A DNA stretch of 64,000 nucleotides from Octopus sinensis (GCF_006345805.1 NC_043002.1:46376001-46440000); one strand, 5' to 3'. Positions 1 to 13,350 are shown, counted from the stretch's first letter. Program-made: numbers and translations. The notes: generated by a model from the sequence alone, not told the origin.

Positions 1-440
1 AAGATATTCATGGCAAGTCATATTTAATATGTTCAAATGTATTGGGACCTTTCACTATGGAGATAGCCCTGGGAGGAATTTCACACCTGGACAAGTGCGA
101 AAACATTTTCTGGGTTATGAATGATGTCATTGTATCATAGAAGATATGAATTCCTGAATTGTTCTGTTTTATCACCTACAAAAACTGAGCCTGTCATTCA
201 ATTACAAAATATTTCATATTAATACATCATACAGAATATTTACTGATGTACAAAAAACTTAGCCTGTAATCATTTAAAATAATAATGTTGTACAAAGCAA
301 TGTTAAATAAAGTATTCATCTGGGTCTGAGTGTATTCAGATGTGATAAGACTGCAGAGATAATCCTCGGAGAAAATTCTTCACCTAGACATATGTGAAAC
401 CATATTTTGGAAGCTGTGCATGAGATGATTGTAGGATGCA

Positions 441-478
<38 letters not shown>

Positions 479-519
479 ATATATACATAATATATATATA
501 TATGCATAATATATATACA

Positions 520-727
520 TATATGTGTGTGTTTGTGTGTCTGTGTTTGTCTCTTCAACATTGCTTGACAATCGATGCTGGTGTGTTTACATCCCCGTTA
601 CTTAGCGGTTCGGGGAAAGAGACCGATAGAATAAGTACTAGGCTTCCAAAGAATAACTCCTGGGGTTGATTTGCTCGACTAAAGGCAGTACTCCAGCATG
701 GCCACAGTCAAATGACTGAAACAAGTA
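520..727 (+). mobile_element. SINE family A, 3' half
   Basis: Block ...ttgacaatcgatgctggtgtgtttacatcccc...ccagcatggccacagtcaaatgactgaaacaagta recurs more than 10 times in the window. Confidence 0.85.
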
Positions 728-814
728 ATAAATATATATATAAATTTTTTTTATTCTCTCTAATTTCAGTTCAGAGCTGCAACCATGCTGATGCACCGCC
801 GTTTTACTACACTG

Positions 815-1189
815 TTATTACTAAGAGCCTCCTCTAATATGTGGCACTTGGTGAAGAATGGAGTTTGATATAGCTACCCTCTTTTGCACCTCTTGCCATG
901 AGGTAGGTTCATCTGGGACTCTTGATGGGAAGAGGTCCAGCTTTGATTTACAAACCCCTACATCTACTTTGTGCAAGTTCCTCAGACTCTTTGGGAGAAT
1001 ATTAAAAAGCTGTGGGCCCTTGAAACCCAGGCTGTTGCAGTAACTGGTCCTGAAGCGTGATGGCATTGCTGGGATCTTTGGCACTATGCAGTGTCGTCCC
1101 GTTCTGACATTGGTGTAGCTTTCATTGTATATATATACTGTATGTTTGATAAAAACATACACAATGAACCATCCATTCATCTTCTCCAC
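815..1189 (-). mobile_element. 3' fragment of a non-LTR retrotransposon ORF2 (CR1/L2/Jockey-like C-terminus)
   Basis: ORF 821-1189: SLGFKGPQLFNILPKSLRN...KSKLDLF...VPDEP, a typical LINE ORF2 terminal segment. Confidence 0.7.
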
Positions 1190-1419
1190 CCACCATTCCT
1201 GGAAGGATGATGGGAGTAGAGTCCTCAGGAACCTCCTCTATTGAGTCCAATCAAAATCAAATATCATTACATTTCTGGCCGGATTCCCAAGTATGACCAA
1301 CTGAGACTATGGATATTATCCAGCCTAATTGTTCTTGGTCTACTGTCAATTGGCTGAGTTTGAAGAATCTGTCTTGTAATTTTTTGCTGCAGCATTCTAA
1401 TCATATGTTCACTCAAATG

Positions 1420-1720
1420 TGGCAAGGCCACTGGGATGGATGAAATTCAGCCTGATATGTTAAAAGCCTTAAATAGAGAAGGTATTTTGTGGCTGGTTCA
1501 TTTACACCAGGGGACCTGGACTTCTAGAAAGTCACCAAAGCAATGGCAATCCAAGCTGTTAATCCCAACTTTTAAAAAGAGAGACAAGAAAGAGTATTCT
1601 AATTATCACAGAATCTCCTTGTTGAGCTTCCTAGATGTCTGGAAAAAAGATGTAGGGAAATGGTCGAGCCCAAGCTAGCCAAAGAACAGTATAGCTTCCA
1701 TCCTGGACACAGCATATTCA
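1420..1720 (+). mobile_element. RTE-clade LINE reverse transcriptase fragment
   Basis: DEIQPDMLKAL...WQSKLLIPTFKKRDKKEYSNYHRISLLS matches the D.I.PEMLK / P.FKKGD...NYR.ISLLS motifs. Confidence 0.8.
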
Positions 1721-2379
1721 CTCTACAGTAGGTCTATGATAAACCCATTTCTATCATAATTTCTTTGAATTTACATTTACTAACCATCTTTCTAAATTAC
1801 TACAGAAAGAAAAAAAGAAAACAATTTTGCTACATAGTGATTAGTCCAATTTTGTAAAGCATTATAGGTACAGCAGTTATCAGTTTAGGTATTAGCCCAC
1901 TGATCACATGCTACAGAGTTCCAACCTTACCAGAGCCAGTATACAAAGTGCAGCTTATTCTTCATGTGCTAACATGCCTGTTTAACAACAAGCATCTCTT
2001 CCATTACTTAATTGAGTGGCTCATTTAAGGAAAAGTTCACTGCTTTAAAAACACAGACCCAACAGTACTATGGCAACCAGAAAAATCAGCATAATTATTG
2101 ATAACAATTACTGATCTAGATAATTTCTTGTAACACAGAAGGAGGCAATCGAAGTACAAGTGAGAATGGCAGTAGCAGTTAATATGACAGTCTCTTTCTG
2201 TCATTTTCCCTCTCTATTAGTATTAGTTAACCAACAACTTTTTTCTCTCTTTCTTTCTCTACCTTTCTCTTGTTTATTACTCTCCTTATAATCTGATCAG
2301 TCACATTACACATTATTCTCTTCACACACAAACATACACATGCACACACATTTATATGCACATACAAGCCCATCCAATG

Positions 2380-2830
2380 TTATGTACAGGGTGATTCAAA
2401 AAACCCTTTAGCATGCTTCTTTTTTTTTTTTATGTACCCAGCCTTAACACTGATAGGGAGGGCTGATCTATACTGAATGAAAAGATTTCTGCAGGTGGCT
2501 TTCTTGTAAAATTTGGTTTTGATGTTTCCTCTTTTTATGATTTGATTTGATTTTGAGTTGAAAGTCAAGTAGCTGGATGGGTCCAGATGGCCGTATGTTA
2601 CTCAGATGTTTTGGCCTTCCATACCTAGACAGGTCTTCAACTGAACATGTAGCTTTAAATCATTTGAAAGATTCATGAATATTGGTAAGGCTTGGAGAAT
2701 CTCAATTCAAAATGTGTTTCCACACACTTTGAACTTTGGACAATTGACTTTTTGTACTTTGCCATTTTTAGGACAATGATTATGCTCTCTTTTGATAATG
2801 ACATTTTTCTATAATATATAAGACAATATA
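2380..2830 (-). mobile_element. Penelope-like element RT/thumb fragment (decayed)
   Basis: TKFYKKATCRNLFIQYRSALP...KAGYI resembles the PLE YRKPT...YL...S.HP..K.GVI motif. Confidence 0.5.
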
Positions 2831-3052
2831 TCATCATCATCATCATTTTAATATCCACACTTCCATGTGTTCATGGATCAGACAGCATTTATTGAGATAG
2901 ATTTTCTATGGCCAATTGCTCTTCTTGTCACTACCCTAACATTTTCCCAATATATATGTATATATATATATATATATACATATGTGTGTGTGTGTATACA
3001 TATAAATATATATGTTTCCAGTGTGTGTGTGTGTGTTTGTGCATACGTAAGT

Positions 3053-3300
3053 GATATGAAAAGATATTTACAACAAAATATCTAAGATTGTATTAAAGAT
3101 TGTAAATAGGATGAAAAGTTACAATTATATATATATAATGTTAAAGCTAAAAAAACTTCTGAATCAGCTTGTGTCTGTGTATGATATGAAAAGATATTTA
3201 CAACAAAATATCTAAGATAGTATTAAAGATTATTTTAAAAAATGGAAAAATTATTATTTATATAATGTTAATGCTAAAGAAACTTTTGAATCAGCTTGTG
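3053..3300. repeat. Tandem duplication of a ~125-bp unit
   Basis: atatgaaaagatatttacaacaaaatatctaagat...gaatcagcttgtgt occurs at ~3053-3180 and ~3183-3300. Confidence 0.9.
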
Positions 3301-3599
3301 TGTGTGTGTGTGTGGTGGGGTAGAATAGTTGTAGCAGGTAAGAGAATAGATGGTAGGGGAATGTGAAGATATAGAATAGTCATGTTACTACCTTTTATGA
3401 TTTTCACTCAGGAATCAAGCAAAGGGAGGGATCTAGATGACTGTGTTTCAATTGCGCACACACTCCCTCTCCCTGCATAGAATACAGGAGGAAGGGTAAG
3501 TAGGACATAGAGATGCATACACCATACAATAGGCAAGGGATGGTGTGTGCACTGTCCCACTATTTTAATTGAGTATTTCACCAAGCTTGCAAGGGATAT

Positions 3600-4610
3600 T
3601 GCATTTTCTGATTGTAACATGTATATTACCAGTCAACCCAGTCGACTATTAGCTCCTACATCTGATGTAATATCTGAAGATCATTTTTATGCTATCTCAT
3701 CCCAAGTCTTCATCAGTATCCCTCTCCCACAGGTACCATTTACATTGAATGTTTGGCTACTGCCACCCTCTATCCAGGTCATATGCCTATACTGTAACAG
3801 TCTCCTCTCTTGCATGTAGCATCTAATTCCCCTTTTTTTTATTCTTTTCTTTTACTTGTTTCAGTCATTTGACTGCGGCCATGCTGGAGCACCGCCTTTA
3901 ATTGAGCAACTCGACCCCGGGACTTATTCTTTTGTAAGCCCAGTACTTATTCTATCGGTCTCTTTTGCCGAACCGCTACGTAGCGGGGACATAAACACAC
4001 CAGCATCGGTTGTCAAGCAATGCTAGGGGGACAAACAGACACACAAACACACACACGCATACATATATATACATATATACGACGGGCTTCTTTCAGTTTC
4101 CGTCTACCAAATCCACTCACAAGGCTATGGTCAGCCCGAGGCTATAGTAGAAGACACTTGCCCAAGGTGCCACGCAGTGGGACTGAACCCGGAACCATGT
4201 GGTTGGTAAACAAGCTACTTACCACACAGCCAATCCTGCACCTATAATCAGTCTTACACTCAGTTCAGTTATATTTCATCATTTATATATATATTAACAT
4301 GCATGACACACCCAGTGAAACACACTCACTTTATTTCTTTCAAGTTATTCCAAGTCTTCTGCATCTAAGGTTGATGCCTTGCTACCATGCAGCAGTGTAT
4401 TTCATACATGAGCATCATACAATCTACACTTGGCCTTCAGGGAGAAGACGCTCTTTATTGATGAACCTATTTCTATCATTTCTGGAACACTTGCATTCAC
4501 TGATAATTTGGTCACCTTAATCACAAAAGCTATCAACTTCTAGTATGCCATCTGAGTATTCTAGATAATCAATTTCACAAACATTCCTAATGCTCATTGT
4601 CCCAGTTCAC
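3600..4610 (-). mobile_element. RTE-clade LINE 3' portion, interrupted by a SINE
   Basis: Minus strand gives EVDSF...LKAKCRLYDAHV*NTLLHGS (4330-4610) and NGTCGRG...KTWDE (3690-3760), both RTE ORF C-terminal motifs. Confidence 0.7.
3850..4242 (-). mobile_element. SINE family A, full length (tRNA-like head plus CORE-like ACCTTGGGCAAGTG domain)
   Basis: Reverse complement: ...ggctgtgtggtaagtagc...ggttccgggttcagtccc...gcaccttgggcaagtgtcttc...; tail cagtcaaatgactgaaacaagtaaa. Confidence 0.9.
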
Positions 4611-5426
4611 CTGCTTCATCTTAAATCTACCTTCTCTATTAGTCAACATGTATATACATACATGGTTCTTTGGTTAAGAATTTTGGTTCCCAGCCACATG
4701 GTTTCTAGTTCATCCTCACTAAATGGTACATTGGACAAGCTTTGTGAGTAGATTTGGTAGAAACTGAAAAAGGTCTGTCTCTGTGCATGTGTATGTGTGC
4801 GTACGTGTTCAATTATGTATCTTGACATCGAGCACAATCATTCAAGCAAAATCCCTCTTTTCCCATTCATCTGTGAAAACATGTCCAATCATAAGGAAAT
4901 ATTATCTATACTTGGAAACAACTGAGAGTTGGAAACAGGAGGAGTATCTGGTCATATAAAATCTGCCTCAATGGATTTCACCTGACGAATGCAAACATGG
5001 AAAGTGAACATTAAAATAATGATAATGATATATCTATTTGTGTGTGTTTATATATATATATTTTCATGAATTGAACAGCAGGAACTACTAGCAACCACTG
5101 ACCAACGACAATCAAGGCAATCCCAAATTCTTCCTCCTCTTCTCCCCCTTCTCCTCCTTCTTCTTCCCTACCAAGAATTCACATGGACCTTGAACCCACA
5201 AGAGTAAACAAGAGAGACAGAGAAAGGCAGAAACAAGGAAAATGCCACTTATATTTGAACACTATACAAATATTCTTTTAAAAAAACTTTTCTTTTAAAT
5301 TTTCTAAATTTAATTTTTCTATATTTAATTGTTACAGTTGAAAAGGTCTCAAATGACCCCGGAACTGGTACTGAAATGTTCTTTATAAAAATTATTTTAG
5401 CATTTTCTATCTTGACTTGTTTTTTC

Positions 5427-5465
<39 letters not shown>

Positions 5466-7255
5466 GGAGAGAGAGATAGTGATGCAGATAAATGCATTTG
5501 GGTTTGATATATATATATAATATAGATACATACATATACATATGTAAATATATATAGGAATATATATATATAGAGAGAGAGAAGCAAAAACTGAAAATAT
5601 TCAGATGAACACTCATGTATAAGCATGTTGATATTTATAAAATAAATAAATTTACAAGCATCACAAAAAGTACAGAAAACTAAGGGGAGAAGGCATGGTA
5701 TTTTCAGTCTGACAACTGTTTCTGGCGGTTCATACATACAAAAATGCATATTATTCTATATTTTAAGTATATCTATCACTATAATTTTTGATACATGTAC
5801 AAAAAACTTATTTATTATCAGTACTGACAGTACCAATACCGATACAAAGGTACTTATGGTAAAACCCTGACAGTAAGTGGCTTACATTAAACATCCAAAT
5901 TGCTCGCAAGATTTCCATTCAAGATTTTTAATGTATTAATATGAAAGAGTCAAAAAAAAATAATTAATTGCAATTCCAGAAAATGTTGATTATTGTAATA
6001 GTTATGTATCTTAAAGTTAAAATGTCCTGAAGACCTTATGAAGGCCAGAAAATATTTCATCCCACAACAAATACTAACACTCTACAAGGCACAAGAAATG
6101 CCCTCAATGGAGTACTGTTCCTATATCTGATGCAATGCTGTGTTTAAACACACACACACACATACACACATCTTAGACAACATTCAGAGAAGGGTGATTT
6201 AATCAATTGCTAATCAACCACTGACAAATTCCAGTCTTTGTCCCACAAGTGTACTGCCTCCTTTCTGTTCTTTTCTATCAGTACAATAATGGCCTCTGTT
6301 CCTCTGATCTAGATGTTCTTGTACCTTCATCATTTTGGCACCCTCAGTGCATTTGTCTTAACATCTCTCATCACCCTTGTTGCATCCAATACCTGCACTA
6401 ACCACCCCTCTACCCAGTTCTTCATCCTCAGAACATTGGTTCTCTGGAATCTTCTTCCTTACTTATGATTTTCCTGCATGAACTGACCTGAAACATTTTA
6501 GATGGATTGATAAAGGCGTCAGACGAACTGGTCTCTAAGTACCTGCAAAGACTGTGAGCACAACCCTTTCCACTAAACTCAACAAGTAAAGAAAACACCC
6601 AACTCTTAACTAATTTTTAAACCATTATGATAGCAACCCAACTGACACTACCCCTTGTTCTGTAATACAATCTTCCTGTTTAAAGTGATCTAAATTAAAC
6701 CCATCAATCAAAATCTTGTGCTAATTTTTGTTCCCAAAAACAGATTAAGCATGATAATTATTTTCAAAAAACTAATCATTTCCAAAATTAATTGAAACAA
6801 GGGCAATATATTTTAACAGAATAACAGTAACAAAAGTGTTCAATTAAGTTTTCAGAGAAAATGAATGTAGTTGACTAACATAACTTCATTATATTATTGG
6901 GACATATTTATTGACCAGAGAGAGGTCAGTATATACGTAGTGAAAATGATATTAAATCTAAACAGGATAGGGTGGAACAAATACTTTAAATAATGTAGTA
7001 CATTTAGTTCAATGCTCCTGTGTCTCAGTCATATCTACTTCCCAAACTAAAGCCTATAATTAAATGACAATCTGGCTTTCATTACGTAGGTAACCAATCA
7101 GTGGTTCCTTTCTTTAAAAAAAAAATAACTATGACAACAAAATGGTTTCCACTTTGAAAAAAAAAGAATGTATGTCTATGTACATGTATATATATGTGTA
7201 GAGGTATTTATTTGTATGTGTGTGTATCTGTGTATGTATGTGTTTATATGTGTGA

Positions 7256-7312
<57 letters not shown>

Positions 7313-7749
7313 CGTATATATAGCCATTTATGCATCGTGTTCAATGTAAATAGATTGTGATAGGCAAATTTACTACAGTATTTCTCCAGATATATCTCTT
7401 ATAGACATGCTGTGTTTAAAAATACAATAAATATTGGGTGGGAGATGAAAGTGATTCCAGCAGTGGCTGGTGAGAATGATAGATGCATTTCTGTCTTCTT
7501 GGGCATTTTCAATTGCATGTCCACAAAAGATATTGTCTTTACAAAAATACCACAGTAAATTTGGCTATATTTTGTAGTTTGCAAGAACAAAAACAATACA
7601 CTGAACACCGGCAGGAGGTTTATTAAATTTTTATCCTCAGCATTTACCTTTATAACAAAACATTGTAACAAAACATTGGCAATATGACAAGTGATATGTA
7701 CTTAAAATCTGGACACTATAAGGGAAAACATGCTCACCAACACTGATCT

Positions 7750-8004
7750 AGGTTGAACAAGATCTGAGACCATATCCGCAATGCTCAGTGAGAGATGTCG
7801 GCAATGGTTGGTCATGTGTGCTGTTAGGATGGAAGTTGTAGCACTAAGGATCTACTGTACCAAGCCTGTTTCTAAATGGGGGTCTCTGGATAGCACTGCA
7901 TCCTCACTACTCAATGGTGCACCTTCAGATTTAGAAAATACGGTTTACAAAAATCTTCCTGCAATAATGTTATGTCATAGGTTTGAATATCTCATTGCCA
8001 ATAA
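7750..8004 (-). mobile_element. Start of a second Gypsy internal region (decayed PBS plus leader)
   Basis: TGGCAATGAG immediately after the LTR reads as CpG-decayed TGGCGACGAG; ~75 nt at 7885-7967 is homologous to 12135-12195. Confidence 0.55.
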
Positions 8005-8284
8005 TGTTATGACGATATTGTAGTGCAGATTGGGCATAGAAATAGTATTACCCAAATAAATATTTGGATATGGTTATCTAGAATAACTTTTCACAGAATT
8101 AATATGTTCATACAGAATATACTCCATACTATGCCAAACATAGGTATGATACTAAACTAACACAGTAATCTGATGCAAACAATCAACACTGTCAACTGCC
8201 GACAGTTCATACAGTTTCTTTATTTTATTGAAATGTGTCGGTCCACCTTTGGTCATGTGAGGGTGGTTGGGATCCTTCCATAAC
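8005..8284 (-). mobile_element. LTR (TGTTAT...ATAACA)
   Basis: TG...CA ends with a 6-bp inverted repeat; polypurine tract AAAAAAAGGGAAA directly upstream and PBS directly downstream on the minus strand; contains AATAAA. Confidence 0.7.
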
Positions 8285-8699
8285 ATTTCCCTTTTTTTGA
8301 GAATTAGCCTCCCATAACTTCTCCCCTTTTTGAGAATTAAACTATGTCCTGAGTTTAATACCCCTTACACTTAGGCTTTAATTCCAGTATTCCTTTTATT
8401 TTTTTTTTTGCCTTTTTTTGTTACTTGAATGTGTAGTTTCAATTTGTTTGGGTTTTGGTACTTCAAACATGTCATACAATATTTCCATAGGGATTTCATC
8501 TCTCATGACTTTCTTCCAAGCATCTTTTTCAAGTTGGTTTATGTCTTTTATGTTCGAAAGGTTTCCTTTTACCAATAATAATATTTTTCCAATTTCTTTA
8601 ATAATTACACCATTCTCCCAGCATTTTTTGTGGCTTATCTTGAAGAATTTTGAAGTATATTTGTTGTTCATCATTTAAATACTTTTACTCAGTATCAAA

Positions 8700-9553
8700 G
8701 ATGGATCTCATCTTTCTAGCAAACATTAATTCCACAGGTAATATTTCAGACAGAGTATTCAGATTAGATGTTATTTGGTACACTCTTAGAAATTGCTAAA
8801 GTGCTAGGTCATCCATTACTTCATTATTCGCCTATTTTAAAGCCCTCTTAAAAGTATCAACAAAATGCTCTGCTTATCCATTTGATCTACGATGATATGG
8901 CGGAGTGGTCACATGTTCAATAAGGAACCTTTTACAAAATTCTTAGAACTCATCTGAAGTAAAGTGAGTTCCATTATCAGGTATAATGGTATCAGGAATA
9001 CCATATCTGGCAAACAATTCATGTAAAAATCTTACTGTAACTGCAGATGTTGATTTTTCATACTAATGCACTTCAGGCCACTTTGAAAAACTGTCCACCA
9101 CAACAAAGCAATACGAACCTGCATAATCAACACGAAGTTTGGAGTATGGAATATCTGTTTTTGGCCATGGCTGCCATTTAGTGGTAGGTGCTTTTGCAGC
9201 TAGGGCACAACCCCTGCATGCTTTCACTAGTTCTTCAATGTCACAGTCATTCTTGGCCAACACACATAACTTCTCATTAACAATTTCATTCTCGAAATCC
9301 CTGAGTGACCAATGTGAAATTCCTTTAGTAATCATTTCTGTAGTGTGGCTGGCACTACAACTCTTTGTAAATGCATCAACACATTGTTACAACTCAAGAA
9401 TAGGTTCAAATTTGTGTTGCGTTCAGCAAAACACATATTTTTATCTCCTTTGGTTTTCAGCATTTCTTTCATTTTTTTAATGAATTGATCATTTTCCACT
9501 TTTAATTTTATGTCTTGTAATGTAACTGGTAGTTCATGTATGATATTACACAA
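8700..9553 (-). pseudogene. Gypsy integrase remnant
   Basis: DIEELVKACRGC...WPKTDIPYSKLRVDYAG...VVDSFSKWPEV; the core continues with frameshifts. Confidence 0.85.
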
Positions 9554-9772
9554 AACATTTTAAATTTCATTTTCCGCTCACAACACAGCAATCATGGTAT
9601 CCTCAAACAGGTCAGTATTTTTCAAAATCAGTCTTGATAAACAATCAGTGTATCCTAATTTCTTAGATGGTGTAAACTCCATCTTAAAATCATGGTTTAG
9701 TAATATAGTACTCCAGCAGTGCAACCTATTAGCAGTACGAGTAGGGATTCCTTTCTTCGACCCATATATAGA

Positions 9773-10039
9773 TCATAAAGGACAATGATTAGTTTGTAGT
9801 TGAAAATTTTTACCATGTAAAAATCTATGAAATTTTTTTATGGCAAAAATAATCACTAGAGCCTCTTTTTCAATTTGGTTGCAATTTTTTTTTGCAGGCT
9901 CTAGCAAACATGTGGCATGAACCACAGTCTTCATGTTACCATCTTTATATTTATGTAGCATTACTGCTCCAATATCGTACTCAGAGGCATCTGAAACTAC
10001 TACAATCTCTACTGCAGGATTGAAATGTGCTAAAGACAA
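9773..10039 (-). pseudogene. Gypsy RNase H remnant
   Basis: VVVSDASEYDIGAV...QIEKEALVIIFAIKKFHRFLHG. Confidence 0.92.
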
Positions 10040-10386
10040 ATCTGATGTTAATACCTTTTAATTTTGTCAAACACCTGAAAATTTTCAGAACCAGTTCCAC
10101 TTTATATCTTTTTTTAGTGGAGCTCTTACCTTATGCATATTTGGTATATACATTAGATAAAAGTTTGCAAGTCCCCGCAAAACTTGTAAGGTATATTTGT
10201 CGAAGGGGGGTATATTTTTAATAACATCTGCCTTCTGATTTGTTCTGAATATTTAATTTAAGGTAAGAAGAATTCACATTTCTCAAAGTGAAGTTATAAT
10301 CCCTTATTTATTTTAACACAAATTTTACATGCTGAACATGGGATTCACTTTTAATTAATATATCATCCAGGTAGGCCATCGCGAAG

Positions 10387-10908
10387 TCACACTCTGCAAG
10401 CATTATATCCATCACTTGTTGAAATATAGCAAGAGCTACTTTTATGCCAAAATGGAAGCCAGTTAAACTTGTAGAGACCTTTATGTGTATTGATTGTTAG
10501 TAACTTAGAACATTCATCTTCCATTTGTAATTGTAAGTAGGCATCAGAAAGATCTAATTTTGAGAACAATTTACCATTTAGTTTTGAGAAAATTTCCTCT
10601 GGACTAGGTAATGGGTAATTACACTGTTTTAAACAGTTATTTAGTCCCATCGAGAAATCTGCACAAGCAAATATTTTATTGTTCTTTTTTTCAACATTCA
10701 TGGTTGGACTTGCCCAATATGAGCAATCGATCTTTTCAGTCACTCCCATTTTCTCCAGCCTGTCTAATTCTTTATTTACCTGTTCCAGTGCTGCAAACAG
10801 TATGTTATGTTTGGGTTTGAAAACCGGTAGTGCATTTTCTTTCACCTGAAACTTGGCTTTGAATTTATTGCACCAACCCAACTCATCTGAGAAAACATCA
10901 AGGAACAA
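10387..10908 (-). pseudogene. Gypsy reverse transcriptase remnant
   Basis: WASPTMNVEKKN...CADFSMGLN...YPLPSPEEIFSKLNGKLFSKLDLSDAYLQ...TINTHKGLYKFNWLPF. Confidence 0.92.
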
Positions 10909-11371
10909 CCTTGCCCTTCTTTTTTAAAAATTTTCTGACTCTGTTTTTGAACTGGCACATGACTTCATTACTTTATTACAAAAATTCTTTATGGGTAAAT
11001 CCCATAACTTGAGCAGTTCCAAAAATGTTACTTGTATTTTTTGATACATAAGCTTTCACTTTTATAGTCTTACCATGAAATATAACATTACAAATAATTT
11101 TGTCTTTGAAAATTAATTTAATCTCTGAGACACCATGAGCAATTATTGATGTTTTCTGCAGTGTAGGTTTCCTGATTTTTTCCATGTGTTTTCATTAATC
11201 AAAGTAATGTCACAACCTGTATTTAACTGTAATTTTACATTTGTATTATTAATTTTTACATACACAAATTTCCTTTGAGGCTCGTTCATATTTCTTGTCA
11301 CCGCTAAACTGTTTACATGACTTTTTTCTGTTGAACCATTTTCCAGGTTTTGTTTTACAGTGTGATTCTTT

Positions 11372-12130
11372 TTAATCTATCTGACCACACTTGAAACATT
11401 TTCGATTTTTATAAGGACAGTTGAATCTGTAGTGTAATTCTTCACATCCAAAACATGGGTTAGTTTTCTGCTTTTCATTACTTTTTTTCAGCTGCACCAA
11501 TTGTACATGCGAGTTAATTTTTTGCTTTTCATTTCTTACTTTTGGTTGCACCAACATTATATGGGAGCAGTTTCTTACTTCAGTTTGTACTGTATTGCGC
11601 CTTAGGTTTATTATTCTCGGGCATTCCTCAGATATTTCTTGTAGCTTCTGATTCTGTTCTAATTTAGTCAGAATTCAGTTACAAATTTTTGTCTTTTTTT
11701 GCCGTTAAACCTTGCACAAAAATTAAACATTTAAACATATCTGGTGTTAGTTCATTAATTTTAAATTTCTCACTTTCCCTATTAATGATTCCAGCATATG
11801 TAATAAAATCTTCATCCTCTTTTTTTGTAATATTCATGCATTGCCAACGTATATTAAAATAAAGAACTTTCCTCGCTGAAAATCTTTGAAAAGGTATCAA
11901 CAGTTTCTTTAAAACAGACTTCCCCTGGTCTCTTCAGTAATATATAAGTGCAGTATTTTTCGTGCTTGGCTGGGGCCAATTAGGTTTTTGTTTGATCCTG
12001 CCCATCAGAATACTCTTCTTTAAAAATCTCTTTGTACCTTCTGTAGTACACAGGAAAAGTAATACCCTCATCCGTGTCATACATGAATTCACCAATGGAG
12101 TTTGTGACTGGGTTCAAATATTGTCAGGGA
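11372..12130 (-). pseudogene. Gypsy gag remnant with Zn knuckles
   Basis: NSIGEFMYDTDEGITFPVYYRRY; FKCLIFVQGL; CFGCEELHYRFNCPYKNRKCFKCG. Confidence 0.85.
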
Positions 12131-12404
12131 GTGCACTGGATGGCACTGCCCCCTCAGTTTTAGAAAATTCAGTTTACAAAAGTCTTCCTGCAATACAAAT
12201 TAGTGCTCACCCTGAATATTCTGAAGCATCCCCAGGCAACAGGCCTGTACTGTACCGGCAGCTAAGGTGTGCATTGCATCCAACAGGCGTAATCCCAACA
12301 TGAGATATAGGGAGATGTACAAAAAGTGTCCTCTTTTCAACACACATTAAAATACAATAATGGAACATTATATTATTAAACTGTTTAGCTTAACCTTTTG
12401 TTAG

Positions 12405-12701
12405 TGTTGTGGTGAGAGTATGACACCCCTTGACGAGAATAGACAGGACCACTGCATATAAATAGTAGCAGTCTGACGTAATAATTCATAGTTTAGTGTT
12501 TGAAGTCCAGGTACAGCTTACAATTTGAGGTAGTGTGTTGGAAATATTGGTTGTTGGTTCATAAAAGATTGTTGGTTCGTTGCATGTTTGTTACTGCTGC
12601 TGTTTCTATTTTGTATTGTTATAACACTGTTATTGTGTATTATTTATCTATCGTCAACATTATCAACTGTACTATGATACTGGAGGCATAAGGATATAAC
12701 A
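12405..12701 (+). mobile_element. Solo LTR
   Basis: TGTTGT...ATAACA ends; flanks GTTAG / GATAG (5-bp TSD, 1 mismatch); TATAAATA at ~12457. Confidence 0.7.
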
Positions 12702-13142
12702 GATAGTCACATGACCTTTCCAAACATGGTTAGTCACATGGGGTGTTTACACACCCCAATGCAAAAATGTTTATATTTTTAACAACTGCAGTGTGGCAGA
12801 TGTTTGTAAGCCATTTAAAAACACACAAAAATCGTTAGTTTCACTTCAACATTTAAATTTAATTTGTGTCAAAATATTTTTGTTGCTTTGAAACTGCAAC
12901 CTGTTCACTGACAAAACTTTGTGCTGCATAGTTTTAGTATTATGTAAAATATACTGATTCTGTTGGTTCAGAATATATCTGCAATCACTGCTGAGAAGTT
13001 TGAAACCCTTGTAACTGATTAATATAAAACAAAGCAATAAAATAAATTATAAAATTAAGGAAAAACTTATTTTGAAAATACTCACAGAATACACAATTTT
13101 GTAAAATTTTTTAATATCCGTGATGAATATTATTCTTTTATT

Positions 13143-13345
13143 CTTTTACTTGTTTCACTCATTTAACTGCAGCCATGCTGGAGCACCACCTTTAGTCGGA
13201 CAAATCGACCCCAGGACTTATTCTCTGTACGCCTAGTACTTATTCTAACAGTCTCTTTTACCAAATCACTAATGTTATGGGGACATAAACACACCAACAT
13301 CAGTTGTCAAGTGATGGGGGTGGGGGGCAAACACAGACAAACATA
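13143..13345 (-). mobile_element. SINE family A, 3' half
   Basis: ttttacttgtttcactcatttaactgcagccatgctggagcacc... Confidence 0.85.
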
Positions 13346-13350
13346 TATAT

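Larger units (their letters stand above)
8285..12300 (-). mobile_element. Decayed Ty3/Gypsy LTR retrotransposon internal region (K02A2.6-like)
   Basis: Fragmented gag, protease, RT, RNase H and integrase in Gypsy order, with many stops and frameshifts. Confidence 0.93.

Noticed and set aside
7781-12303. Similar plus-strand ORFs 7781-8023 and 11962-12303 (LENTVYKNLPAI / LENSVYKSLPAI) as a split or duplicated host gene
   Set aside because: They are antisense readings of the Gypsy leader/gag region on the minus strand.
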